This document shows, piece by piece, positions 38,735 through 51,309 of a DNA stretch of 64,000 nucleotides (within the stretch, counting starts at the first letter, position 1; each line of letters opens with the position of its first letter). Both the position numbers and the translations under genes were made by a program. Where the stretch lies: the NCBI RefSeq assembly GCF_030028105.1, contig NC_092374.1:158062432-158126431 (forward strand). The letters are read 5' to 3'. A model generated the notes under the pieces. The model did no database searches and was not told where the DNA came from. It was given only the letters and a program-made list of their open reading frames with translations. The DNA is from Mobula birostris. Taxonomy: Eukaryota.

Positions 38735-39620
38735 ATGAACATAAAATGCTGGAGGAACTCGAGTTGTCAGGCAGCATCTATGGAGGGGAATAAACAGCCA
38801 ACGTTTCAGGTTGAGACCCTTCATCAGGTTGGAAAAGAAGGGGGCAGAAGCCAGAATACGGTGGGAGGAGGGGTTGTGATACAAGCTGGCTGATGATTGG
38901 GGAGACTAGGTGATGGGAAGTGGGGTGGGTGGGGGAGGTGTATGATGGAAGAAGCTAATGTAACTTTTGCTTTGGCTAGTAGCCTAATATAGGGGGTGAT
39001 AGCCCCCAGCCCGGCCAAACTTAAGAAATCTCGTTCGGGTGGATGCTGCGCGATATGTCTCCTGTTACAAATCAGTACCACGAAATAACAACCAGTACAC
39101 AATATGCGATTAAACGATTGAGCTTTATAATTCTTAATTTGACTATATAGTTAGTAAAGAAACAAAAAAAGGAAAAGGGCCCATTCTCATGAAACAGTCT
39201 AATGTGCAAATGTTGGAGCTCACTGATAAGCTGGTCGTCCACCATCGACCTCCCCTGATCGTCGCCGATCTTCAGACCCTCGCTCCAAGTCCACTCTGTC
39301 CAACTCACTCCATTCACGTCTTCTCCCCTCATCTCTCCTTAGCAAAAGACCTCGAAAATCTCATCCAGACTCACAAGAAAGAACAGCATTTCTCTCATTG
39401 GATAGCCCCGGCATTCCAAAACCCCGTTAAGTCTAGTCCAAACCCAAATAGTACTGTTACAGAGAAACCATTACATTAGCAGTGAAACATTACGGAGAGG
39501 TCATTACATTAGCAGTGAAACCTTACAGCATGTTACACTAGGTAGTCATAGATGGAAGGGGTGAAGTGCTGAAGAAGAAGGAATGTAATAAGAGATGACA
39601 GTGGACATTGGAAGAAAGTG
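38735..39620 (-). mobile_element. PLE-derived short element (hammerhead core at 38795-38832) split by a solo LTR
   Basis: Minus strand reads CTGATGA AGG gtctcaa CCT GAAA CGTT. The core is intact but stem I is disrupted. Confidence 0.7.
38959..39537. mobile_element. Solo LTR (579 bp)
   Basis: TGTAAC...GTTACA termini. 4-bp TSD-like ctaa/ctag. Internal tandem cattacattagcagtgaaac x2. Confidence 0.75.
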
Positions 39621-41064
39621 TTTTCTCAATCAATCCCCTCAAAGTTACACATGAAAGCATCAAAGCCCACTCATTAATTATCAGGGAAGTTACTTACATT
39701 GCAATGAGGATGGCTAATGGGTATTGCCAGTGGAGTGGTGCAGTGTATCTTCCATGGTATGCAAGTTTCTCAACCAGCTTCACACAACCGTCAGAAGAGT
39801 GTCAAATTAGTGGTGACATTCTGTCATTTAGATGGGAATGTGTTTTTAATGAGAGTGATAGTAAGCTGTTTTTGTAACACTTTAATTATCCTCAGTGAAA
39901 TTTCAAGCAGTAAAAGGTCCCTGGATATCTCAGATGATCAGTTTGGAGACAGGTGGAGACAGGAGTTCAGTGTTGGAGGGGGTAATGGAGATTGGGCAAT
40001 GGGTCTTGGAGGGAGTTGAAAATTAGGAAATGGGGCCCTGAAGAGAAAGATGTAGAATAGGCAATGGGTCTTGGAGGGAGAGGTGGAGAAAGGAATTGGG
40101 TGTTGGAGGGAGAGATGAAGATGTTGCATACAGCTTACACTTATGCAGCATCTTTACTGAAGGGATGGAGGGTGAGATGGAGATGGGCAAGAACATGCCA
40201 GAGGGATGAATGGAGCTTGGAAAAGGATGTTCAGTGGGAGAGGTGGGGACTGTGGATGAGGTATCAGACAGAGATGGGAATTATGAAATAGGGCTTGACT
40301 GGACAGGAAAAGGTGAAAATAGATTTCTCTGCTTTCTTGCTTCTTGAAATTTATTGTACAACAGTTGCAATCAAATAAAGATTCTGAAGTACAGGAGACC
40401 CAGCTGCAAAGGGTAAACCCAATGCCAAGTTTAGATGTGAATTGGCTCAATGCCAAGTAGTTTGGTCACATGATCATTCCCCCTGAAATGTTCACTTCTA
40501 GAGTTGGCAGTCTGAAGTCCAAACTGTAATGTTACAGCACGCACTCCCTCTCTGCTTCACTTTTCACTGGGTGAGTGGCCTTGCATTTGACATTGGCGAG
40601 CTGCTATTTCAATACCATGGGCTGTGGGGCCTTTTCATTTTGAGGAGCAGAGTGCAAGGTTACACTGGAAAAATAACACATACAACCTTTCAAAAGGGAA
40701 GCCTTCAGCCTGTCCTCACCAGCTGTTACACTCATTCCTGCTGATCTTCCCCTGAATCCATTAAGAAAGGAAATGAATCTGTCCTCGTACACTGAACAAC
40801 TGAGCAACAGCCATTATCAGGCACAACGCAAAGAAATGAAGGTTGAACTGGCCCATGTGCACTGTCAGGCAGCTTTTTATTAATTACTGAAAATGGGGAT
40901 CCACAGGAGGTGAGGATGAGGAAGGAATAAATTAAACTCATAGTCAAAATGGACTTTATTGCTACTTGTACATGTATACACAGATGCAATGAAAATCGTA
41001 CTTGTAACAGAATCACAGACACAGCTCATTGTATAAGCAATATTCACAGGAAAAAAGACGTAAA

Positions 41065-41240
41065 CATGAAAATGGCGGAGGAACTCAGCAGGTCAGGCAG
41101 CACCTATCAAGGGAATAAACAGTTGATGTTCCAGGCCAAGATCCTTCATCAGAACTTGACAACGCTGCCTGACTTGCTGAGTTCCTCCAGTGTTTTGCAT
41201 ATTGCTCGGGACTTCCAGCATCTGGAGAATCTTTTGTGCT
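41065..41240. mobile_element. PLE-derived fold-back element with a degenerate hammerhead
   Basis: ggaggaactcagcaggtcaggcagc ... gctgcctgacttgctgagttcctcc inverted pair. Confidence 0.7.
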
Positions 41241-41271
41241 CATAAATTACACAAGAAAGAACATACTGTTT

Positions 41272-41535
41272 GGCACGGTAGTGTACTGGTTAGTACAACA
41301 CTTTACAGCAGAGGCAACCTGGGTTCAATTCCTGTTGCTGCCTGTAAGAGCTTGTACATTGCCTTCGTGGCCGCATGGATTTCCTCCAGGTGCTCCAGTT
41401 TCTTCCCAGTCCAAAGACATACTGGTTGGTAGGCTAATTGGTCAATGTAAATTGTCTCATGTTTGGGCTAGTATTAAAATTGGGGGAATTGCTGGGTGGT
41501 GTGACTTGAAAGGCTGGAAGGGCCTATTCCACATA
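41272..41535 (+). mobile_element. V-SINE (HE1-like), near full length
   Basis: A-box ggtagtgtactggtt, B-box gggttcaattcc, V domain ggatttcctccaggtgctccagtttcttccc..ccaaagac, and a CR1-like tail. Confidence 0.85.
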
Positions 41536-42029
41536 ATATAAATAATTACAAGAAAACCCACAATGTCTAATTTACTGCAAAGTGATCAAAGTGGTTATAG
41601 TGTTTCTAAACTGTAGTGATTAGAGTTGTGTCAGATGGTTCAAGAACCAAATTGTTGAAGGGAAGTGGGTTTTCAGACGTCAGTACCACCCACTTGATGG
41701 TCGCTACAAAAAGATGACATGGGCTGGATGTGGAGAAGCTTGATGATCGATGTTGCCTTCTTTTGACCGCACCTCCTGTAGATACTCCCCATAGTGAGGA
41801 GGGATGTTAACGAGATGAATTAGGTTGCTGAGGAGAATCTGGTTACTTAGCTGGGAGTGGATATCAGGCATTTCATTCTGAAGGTCACATATTTAATGTT
41901 TAAGTGTGTTTGGCATTTTATGAATAGCTGGTGCCCTCTTTCATGCAAACAAAGACAAACAATAGACTGCCCGAGCATTTTGTGCAACATTTCCTGTCCT
42001 GTTCAGCATATCTCTGCAGACAATGAGGT

Positions 42030-42250
42030 GTTCATGACGTTCCGTCACCATTGGAAACCTGGCAGCCAATTTGTGTGCGGCAAGCTCCCACAAACAGCAA
42101 CGTGTTGAGACTATGTACGCTTGTTTTATTCAGTTTTGAAAAGTGAACTGGATACACTATAGAGCCCAAATGAACCTTGGATTAATGATTTTAGATGGCA
42201 ACTTTAACAAAGCAGCACTGTAGTGTTGGCGTAAACTTTTTCACTGGAGT
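42030..42250 (-). mobile_element. Deu-type SINE remnant
   Basis: ggaaacctggcagccaatttgtgtgcggcaagctcccacaaacagcaa resembles SacSINE-type sequence as I recall it. Confidence 0.5.
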
Positions 42251-43980
42251 CACCTCAGTGGCACTCGCAAGTGGAATCTCATGAGGTAACAGGATACAGG
42301 ATAAAGCAATGAAGGCTGATTTTTACGCTCAAAGCTGTGGACACACCTGCAGAGTGAATTTGGACAAAATACATTTTCATAGACACTAATAGACATTCTT
42401 TATTGCTTTCAGTTAATACAAGTGTCAAGAGTCAAACATGTGCAAGAGCAGATGTCTGCATAGCAGAGATGATGGGCAGCCATATTGACTTCAAGTTCAT
42501 GGCAACTGAAATGTGGAAAAAAATCTATCATCCAGCCCTACAATGTATTGTGTAACAACCTCAATATACTTAAAAGTATGCTAACAACACAAAGTGGGAA
42601 ATACTGATACCATACAATTGTGGTTGTGTTTTATTACTATATCCTCAATCAAAAGCAATAACAATAGCATTACACCCCGCAGAGGGCCTTTAAAACAGTA
42701 ACAACATCCCAAGTGTTTCCTCAGCACTGACATTGAAGGAAATTTGGCAACAGGTATCTTAAGGAGATACCTTGAACAGGTGTTGAAATAAAGAGGCAGG
42801 CGTTTAAGGAATGCTGTGAAGAAAAAAAGGAGCTGATGAAGTTTGAGAGGCTCAGGAAGAACCTCTCAAATTCTTCATACCTCCTTTCTTCCTTTGCAGG
42901 AAGAGAGCTGGTAAAGAAACTGAGAACATTTGGTAGTGTACAGGAGGTTGGAATTGGAAGGTGCAGCAAAAAGACTGGCCTGGAGGAGGTTGCAGAGATA
43001 TGGAGGGATGGGAAAACTAGGTTGAGAATTTTAAAACAGAGCTGTTCCCTCCAGATATTGAATGACAATGAAGTAGAAGAAGGAAGAAAATCGGATGAGA
43101 GTTAGTTCTTGAAATAGAACTCTGTGCACGTGATGGTGAGACCGAAATGGTGTGTTGCCGCCCAAGTGCCTGGGTCAGGGACGCTGTGGATTGGGTCCAC
43201 AACATTCTAAAGGGGGAGGTGAGCAGCCAGAAGTCTTGTTACATATTGGTAACAATGACATGGGTAGGAAAAGCGAGCTGGTCCTGAAGAGAGAAGCTAG
43301 GGTTGCTAGGTAGAAAGTTGAAAACCAGGACTAATCTCTGGATTGCTGCCTGTACCATGCACCAGTGAGGGTCAGAATAGGATGAATTGGCAGATGAATG
43401 TGTGGCCAAGAAACTGGTGCAGGGGAAAGGGTTTTAGATTTCTGGATCATCGAGATCTCTTCTGGGGGAGGTAGAACGTGTACAAAAGGGAACTGATATC
43501 CGAGTGGACAGGTTTACTAGAACTTTTGGGGTGGGTTTAGACTCATTTGGCAGGGGAATGGGAACTGGAGTGAAAGGATTGAGGATAGGGCTGTTGGTTT
43601 ACAAGATAGTGTATAGTGAGACTGTCAGGAAGGACAGGCAGATGATAGGGCAAAGTTGTGATCAGTGGTATGAGTTGCAGTGTAGAAGGGGGACAGAATT
43701 GAAGAGTGTTGGATACAGAATTAAAAATTTTATATTTGAATGCATGCAGTATACAGAATAAAGTAGATGATCTTATAGCACAGTTGGAGATTGGCAGGTA
43801 TGACTTTGGGGGAATCACTAAGTAGTGGCTTAAAGAAGATTATATCTAGGAGCTTAATATCAAAGGATACACTTTGTTTGGAAAGGACAGGCAAGTAAGC
43901 AGGATAGACAAAGGAGTGGATGTGTACTTGGATTTTCAGAAGGCGTTTGGCAAGGTGCCGCACATGAGACTGCTTAACAA

Positions 43981-45278
43981 CAAAATACTCTGCAGATGCT
44001 GGGGTCAAAGCAACACGCACAACATGCTGGAGGAACTCAGCAGGTCGGGCGGTATCCGTGGAAACGAACAGTCAACATTTTGGGCCGAGACCCTTCGTCA
44101 GGACTGAAGAGGGAAAGAGGGTGGGGGGAGGGTGGGAAGGAGAAGGTCGGTAGGTTCCAGGTGAAAAACCAGTAAGGGGAAAGATCAAGGGGTGGAGGAG
44201 GGGAAGCAGGGAGAGGATAGGCAGGAAAGGTGAAGAAGGAATAGGGGAAAGCACAATGGGTAGTAGAAGGAGGCAGAACCTTGAGGGAGGTGATGGGCAG
44301 CTGGATGAGGAGGCAGAGTGAAACTGGCATGGGGGAAGGGAGGGGGAGGGGGAGGGAATTACCGGAAGTTGGAGAATTCAACGCTCATGCCAAGGGGCTG
44401 GAGACTACCCAGACGGTATATGAGGTGTTACTCCTCCAACCTGAGTTTGGCCTCATCATGACAGAAGTGGAGGCCATGTATGGACATATCTGAATGGGAA
44501 TGTGAAGCAGAGTTGAAGTGGGTGGCAACGGGGATATCCAGTATTGTGGCGGACGGAGCGGAGGTGCTCGACGAAGCGGTCCCCCAATCTGCATTGGGTC
44601 TCACCAATGTAGAGGAGTCTGTTGGGGTCATCTATTGCATCTGCTGCTCTCAGTGCGGCCTCCTCTACATCGGTGAGACCTGTCGCAGATTGGGGGACCA
44701 CTTCGTCGAGCACTTCCGCTCCGTCTGCCACAACAGACAGGATCTCCCGGTTGCCACCAACTTCAACTCTGCTTCACATTCCCATTCGGGTATGTCCATA
44801 CATGGCCTCCGCTACTGCCATGATGAGGCCAAACTCAGGTTGGAGGAGCAACACCTCATATACCGTCTGGGTAGTCTCCAGCCCCTTGGTATGAACATCG
44901 AATTCTCCAACTTCTGGTAATTCCCTCCCCGTCCCTTCCCCCACCCCATTTTCACTCTGCCCCCTCCTCCAGCTGCCTATCACCTCCCTCATGGTTCTGC
45001 CCCCGTCTACTACCCATTGTGCTTTCCCCTATTCCTTCTTCACCTTTCCTGCCTATCACCTCCCTGCTTCCCCTTCCCCACCCCTTTATCTTTCCCCTTA
45101 CTGGTTTTTCACCTGGAACCTACCAGCCTTCTCCTTCCCACCCTCCCCCCACCTTCTTTATAGGGCCTCTGCCCCTTCCCTCTACAGTCCTGACGAAGGG
45201 TCTCGGCCCGAAACGTTGACTGATCGTTTCCACGGATGCTGCCCGACCTGCTGAGTTTCTCCAGCGTGTTGTGTGAGT
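43981..45278. mobile_element. Head-to-head inverted Penelope-like element (about 600-bp arms)
   Basis: Arms about 44014-44617 and 44660-45278 with a 42-nt spacer. GIY-YIG remnants on both strands. 11-bp TSD ctgcttaacaa (43970-43980 and 45279-45289). Confidence 0.93.
45185..45222 (+). ncRNA. Minimal type I hammerhead ribozyme (PLE type), core intact
   Basis: CAGTC-CTGACGA-a-GGG tctcgg CCC-GAAA-CGTT^GACTG. Stem I CAGTC/GACTG is perfectly paired and stem III is the palindrome ACGT. Confidence 0.85.
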
Positions 45279-48189
45279 CTGCTTAACAATATAAGAGCCC
45301 ATGGTATTACAGGAAGGATACTAGCATAGATAGAGCATTGGCTAATTGGCAGGAGGCAAAGAGTAGGAATAAAGAGTAGAATTGGCTGCCAGTGACTAGT
45401 GGTATTCCACAGGGGTTGGAATTGAGACCGTTTCTCTTTACGTTGTATGTCAGTGATTTGGATGATGTAATTGTTGGCTTTGTGGCCAAGTTTGCAGATG
45501 ATAGGAAGATATGTAGAGGTACAGGCAGCGTTGAGGAAGCAGGGAGGCTGCAGAAGGACTTGGACAGATTAGGAGAATGGGCAAAGAAGTGGCAAATGGA
45601 ATACGGTGTTGGGAAGTATATGGTCATGCACTTTGGTAGAAGGAACAAAATTATAGACTACTTTCTAAATAGGGAGAAAATTCAAAAATCCTTGTGCAAG
45701 ATTCCCTAAAGGTTAATTTGCAGTTTGAGTAGGTGGTGAGGAAGGTAAATACGTTAGCATTCATTTCACAAGGTCTTGAATATAAAAGCAAGGATGTAAT
45801 GGTGAGGATTTATAAGGCACTGATGAGGCCTCATTTGGAGTATTGTGAGCAGTTTTGGGCCTCTTATTTAAGAAAGGGTGTGCTGACATTGGAGAGGGTT
45901 CAAATGAGGTTCACGAGAATGATTCTGGGAATTAATAGCTTACTGTATAAGGAGCGAATGGTGGCTCTGGGCCTTTATTCACTGCAATTTGGAAGAATGA
46001 GGGAGGGATGTCATTGAAATCTGTCAAACGTTGAAAGGCCTAGATATAGTGAATATGGAGAGGATGTTTCCTATGGTGAGGTAATCTAGGACAAGATTAA
46101 TGGGCACAGGCGACTGTGGGGGGGGGGGATCAGGCCATCAAGTGTATTTAAGTTATAGGTTCTTGATTAGTCAGGGTGCAAAAGGTTATGGGGAGAAGGC
46201 AGAAGAATTGGGTTCAGAGGGTAATGGATCAGCCATGATGAAATGGCAGAGCAAACTTAATAGACCGAATGGTCCATTTCTGCTCCTATGTCTTATAGTC
46301 TTAAATAAAAGGGCCACAGAAAGAAGGTGAATTGCGACTTTTGTAAAGAGCTGGTGTGAGATTGATGGCTAAATGGGCTTCATACCTGTGACCATTCTGT
46401 GATTCTGTGATTGGTGAGGAACCAAAAAATCTGGATGAAGCTCAATTCAATGGATGGGTGAGAAAAGAAATGTAGGAACAGCAAGTGATTAGAGTTGTAG
46501 AATTTGACAAATCTGTAGCACTGAAGGGTCAGCTGTTTGAAAGAGCAGGAGTGAGAGTTCCAAGCACATACTGGCTTTTGTTCAGAGCCCTGTATTTTCC
46601 TGATCCAGTTCTGAGCCATTACTTAGAGAATCTGACACAAGAGACTGCAGATGTTGGAATCTGGAGCAACAAACAGCACGCTGGAGGAGCTCAGTGGGTG
46701 GAGCAGCATCTGTGTGAGGAAAGGAATTGCCAATGTTTGTGGTGAGAACCTTGCATTAGGACTTAAAGTCTCCGCTTCTCCTGCCTGTCCTGATCCCTAA
46801 AAAACTGTCAGTAATGAGTTGAGATTAACTCATTAGAAGCTTTTAAGGTCGAAGCAGATAAACTTTTAAAAGATTGTGGGTTTGAGCAGGATAAGGTTTG
46901 GTACAGAGGAGGAGTTGAAAGGAGGGGTAGATTAGCCATGATCACATTGAATAGTTAGGTAGGCTTGAGGAGCCCAATAGTTGAATTCTACTTTCCTGTG
47001 TTTTCATCATCTTGACATTACAACATTTGAGCTGAGATCCAACCAATTGTTAAAAATAGACCTCTGCTTCTCATTTCTGTTTTTCTATCTGTAAATCCAA
47101 GTAACCCACACCAAATGTTTTAGGAGTAGCTTCTTCCCCTTACCATCAGATTTCTGAACTGTCCCTGAACCCATGAACACTACCTCATTATTCCTTTTCT
47201 GCTCTATTTATTTATTTTTTTGTAACTTATAGTAATTTTTATGTCTTGCACTGTACTGCTGCCACAAAACAAAACTATTGCACAACATATATCAGAATTA
47301 ATAAACCTCAACCTGATCCATGAACTTTTATAACCATCTTAGCAACATGTCCTACCACCAGAGCAATTGCGTTATTGAATTGCAAGGCATCTTTACTCAT
47401 GTACACTTTTTCAGATTGTGTCACTCACAGTATATTGTCATTACAAGTTTCTTGTATACTGCATTACCTAAGCTTTTTCTGCTTTGGATACAATCTGCCA
47501 TTTGTTTTCTCATTTCACCACCTATCTGTGCACTCTTGAAGTTTCCTCATCATTGCTGTGTTAAGATGTTTTATGTCAGATTTTAATATGATACAGCCAG
47601 CATTTATCAAGGAGGGTGGGCAGTCTTTATTGTAAATCTGACTGAATAATTGTTGCTTTCTCTTAACACCCAACTTTCCACTTCCCTACAAAATTTATGT
47701 GTACTTCATGCATGCTGCTTTTAATAGGAGTTTGTATTGTACTTCTCTGGTGTGCCATCTTAGGTAGAGAAAGGCAGCTTCATATGGTCTCTTGTTTTAT
47801 GAGCTTAGAAAGTAATTGCTAAATGCAATTTCGGTGCTCTCCTGCCCTTGCAGCTGCTGCTGTCTATGGTTCGTTTGTCAAGGTCGCCTCTTGTAGCTTT
47901 TGTGAAACTTCTGTTCCCCCAATCTTCCATCTGGTTGATCTGCATACTGGCAGACACTCATTGACCTTCAGATGCCATTGCACCTGCAGAATCAGTCCCC
48001 GTGTTGTCTGGCTGAACATTGCACTTGAATTCTTATTCAAAGTGTTCATGAGAATATGGTGACTTTCGATTCCAGAATCCAATTCTCTCATGGATCTTGA
48101 AAGGAGAAATGACAGTGACCGAATTTTCAGGAACACTTGTCATTCTTCTTCACTCATTCACACTCATTGGGCAGAGTGACGGGGTCGAA

Positions 48190-48290
48190 TGACATAGAAC
48201 ATAGAATAGTACAGTACAGTACAGGCCCTTCGGCCCACAATGTTGTGCCGACCCTCAAACCCTGCCTCCCATATAAGCCCCCACCTTAGA
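48190..48290 (-). mobile_element. CR1 extreme 3' tail
   Basis: catagaacatagaa..acaggcccttcggcccacaatgttgtgccgacc. Confidence 0.75.
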
Positions 48291-48527
48291 TTCCAGAGTG
48301 ATGACAACCCCCATCACTCTGTACAATTTCAGATGAAACTCCCAATGTTTCCTTGGTTATGGAAGGAGACTCTAAAGAATGTGAGTTGTACTTTAGTGCT
48401 GAAACCTGTTTGTCCCAACAGAGCATAGATTCACACCCATCCAAGATTCCTTTGTTTCTCCAATGTCTACAGAGCCAGTCCCAACACTCTTGTAACTTGG
48501 TCAGGATACAAATAAATCTTTGTTCAA

Positions 48528-49085
48528 ATCAAGTCAAGTCAAGTTTATTGTTATTTTACTATATACATGTATACCTTCAAAGGAGGCATTTCTCTGAATC
48601 AGGGTGTGAAGCACGGTAGTACACAAAATACACGTATAATACACAATAACTTATGAAAGGAAGGATAAGATCTATAGATGAAATCTGCATTAATCAACAA
48701 CGTAAAGTGCATAAATTAAGTATCATCAGATACGGATTAACTGGTGACATTCCGAATGTGATATGGCAGGGAGTTCAGGAGCCTAATGGCCTGAGGGAAG
48801 AAACTGTTTCCCATCCTCAGGATCCTTGTTTTTAACCATTGGAGTCTCCTTTATGATGGTTAAAGGGCAAAGAGGATGCTGGATGGATAGATGGGATCCT
48901 TGATAATAGTAATGGCCCTGTGTGCACAGCGCTCCTGGAAAATGTCCCTGACAGATGGTAGGCTGGCCTCTGTGATCCTCTCAGTTGTTCTTACAGTCCT
49001 TTGTAGGGACTTCCAGTCTGATGCTTGGCTGTAGATGGAGATGCAACTTGTCAGGACACTCTCAATGATGCTCCTATAAGATTCA
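48528..49085 (-). mobile_element. Rex1-type LINE 3' part
   Basis: (TCAAG)n tail and gttcaggagcctaatggcctgagggaagaaactgtt. Confidence 0.7.
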
Positions 49086-49545
49086 GTACAGGTGGGTGGG
49101 GGGGAGGGTTGGGAGCTCGGGTGAGCTGAACACTTATCCCTTCTTCTCCTTTGCTAACATTACTCGTTCAGTCCTACTTTATCAAAACTATGTTGAATAT
49201 TTCTGTTTCTGCTAAGCTCCCATTGCACTGCTAAAATTAAATGAAAAAGTGTAAGCTCTGAATATCTGAATCAGTGAATCAATTCATTTCAAGTCTTTCT
49301 TACTGTCCATTGTATAATTTTTTTCAGCTGGGAGCCCAGCAGCTAGCATAGTTTTACAGTAAGTGGCAATAGCTTTAATTTTAAATTATATAACATAATA
49401 TTATAGGGACAGGGCTGGGCCATTTACATTATGAAGAAACATCACTTCATCCAGAACAAGGTAATGGGACCAAAACTCAGAAAGTGAAAAGGTGGTAGAG
49501 CTTGAAAGCTTCCTTATATTTTGAAGGTCAATTAACGTGAACAGA

Positions 49546-49557
49546 ACACACACACAT

Positions 49558-49605
<48 letters not shown>
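49546..49605. repeat. (AC)5 plus (AG)22 microsatellite
   Basis: Read directly from the sequence. Confidence 0.95.
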
Positions 49606-49609
<4 letters not shown>

Positions 49610-50109
49610 AACGAGAACGAACAAAACTCATGAGCTAGATTGTTAAAAAATGGTGCAATAAAATGGAATCAGAATTTTACAGTTGTGTCATGAAGTGTTG
49701 GCATGTTTGGCCCTTAATTAATGATTCGGTATGGTTTTGAAACGAACTAAAACATATTGTGACACAGGAATTGGTATTTTGGCACAGTGGTGTATTTCAG
49801 CTCCAGGGAAGAATCTTATTAATCTTCTCATTGCTCATACTCCAGCAACTTAAACACATTAGAAGTTAATACTTCTGGATGTCATGTATTATATCATCAA
49901 ATTAGCAGCAGACGTTTTCATCATGTTGTAACTTGTTTGTGTGCCTAAAATATCAGCTATGTATCAGGGTGTGGAACACTTTGTATTAGAGCGGTTAGAA
50001 GCTGCATAGAGCACCTTCTGAATTACACCAGCCTTATGTTTCTGGATCAACTTCAGGAAATGCCTTTACTGCATCTATGTGGCATTTTGTAAATGTTCAC
50101 ACCAGATAG

Positions 50110-50425
50110 TGAGGTGCATATAGTGGATTCATTGCCTCATAGCACCATGCCTTGGGTGCACTCCGTGTGGAATTTGCATGTTATCCCTAGGACTGTGTGG
50201 ATTTTCTCCAACTTCTCCCACATCCCAGAGTTGTGTGAGTTAATAGGTTCATTGGCCACTGTAAATTGCCCCCTGTGTGTGGGTGAGTGGTGGAATATAG
50301 GGAGAGTTGATGCGCATGTGGCAAGATTAAATGTAAAAGATTAATGTAGAATTAGTTTACATTAGTTTACAATGCAGACTAATGGGCTGAAGGACCTGTT
50401 TTCATGCTATATCTCTCTATGACTC
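50110..50425 (+). mobile_element. Degenerate V-SINE
   Basis: gtgtggaatttgcatgtt..cttctcccacatccc..attggccactgtaaattgcccc. Confidence 0.65.
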
Positions 50426-51309
50426 TCAATTAGTATTTGTTCAGCAAACTATTGGATTGCAGTAAAGGTCACAGAGATACTAAACCAATGGAAAACATTG
50501 ATTTCTCACCTGCGTGCAAAACTGCTATTCATTAAAACTTTTCCTGTATCTCTTGTGCAGTGCTGAGTGTATAAGAGAACAAGATCTTGCAAGCCAATTT
50601 GGTGCTCGGTTGGGTGGGTCCTTTAAAGAAAATGAAGAGCGGAGATGGTGGAGGCAGTGGTGGGGCCTTGGTTGGGTGTGGGTGGAAAGGTGTGGATGTC
50701 AGTACAGTGGCACGATGGAGCCACTCTGTGAGGATCAAGGAGAAATTGGAGATGGGTTGATGGTGGAGGACCTCACTGCCTTTTTTATTTTTGTTTTCTA
50801 TTTACTATAATTCAGTTTTTTTTCTATATTATCATGTACTGAATTGTACTGCTGCCACAAAGTTAACAAATTTCATCACAAATGGAGACTGACAAGGAGA
50901 ACATTGGAGGGAATGGTAGACAAGATGAGGAAGCCCTGTTACAAGCTTCTCGTACCTTTGGGTGAGGGATGCTTTTGGACCATACCTGCCCGCCTGATGC
51001 CTGGGTTTATCCTGGCCAAGCTCATGGGAACGTAGATGAAATTGGTGCTCGAAGAGGATGTAGATCCATTGTGAATTCTGTTCTGTAATGTACGGTGGGG
51101 AGGGGTGAAGAACCTGTTTCTATGCTGTATGACCGCAACATTCTGTAACTTAGAGGAGATCAAGGAGTCAAGTAGATGGATCACAAGTAGAATGAATCCA
51201 GAGCCACTGAAAATAGGAACAGGACCTAATCTGCATCGAATTCTACGATGAACGAGAATACCGTGAAACCTTGGGTAATATACTGGGTGCATTTGGGGTT
51301 CTAAAGAGA

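Larger units (their letters stand above)
43100..46300 (+). mobile_element. CR1 LINE (ORF1 SGNH-esterase remnant, APE start, RT, 3' tail), internally deleted and split by a PLE
   Basis: VCC.P.A.VRD..EQPEVLLHIGNND; VYLDFQKAFGKVPHMRLLN|IRAHGITG; SGIPQG..FADD; RPHLEYCEQFW. Confidence 0.92.

Noticed and set aside
41272-41345. tRNA gene
   Set aside because: The A and B boxes belong to a SINE head that continues into a V domain. No cloverleaf is evident. The same applies at 15841.
44480-44920. 146-aa ORF as a novel fusion nuclease
   Set aside because: The N-terminal part is antisense PLE sequence read across the inversion junction. There is no evidence of expression or a proper start.
47864-48136. 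90-aa minus-strand ORF in unique-looking DNA
   Set aside because: No recognisable homology, and the splice and start signals are weak.
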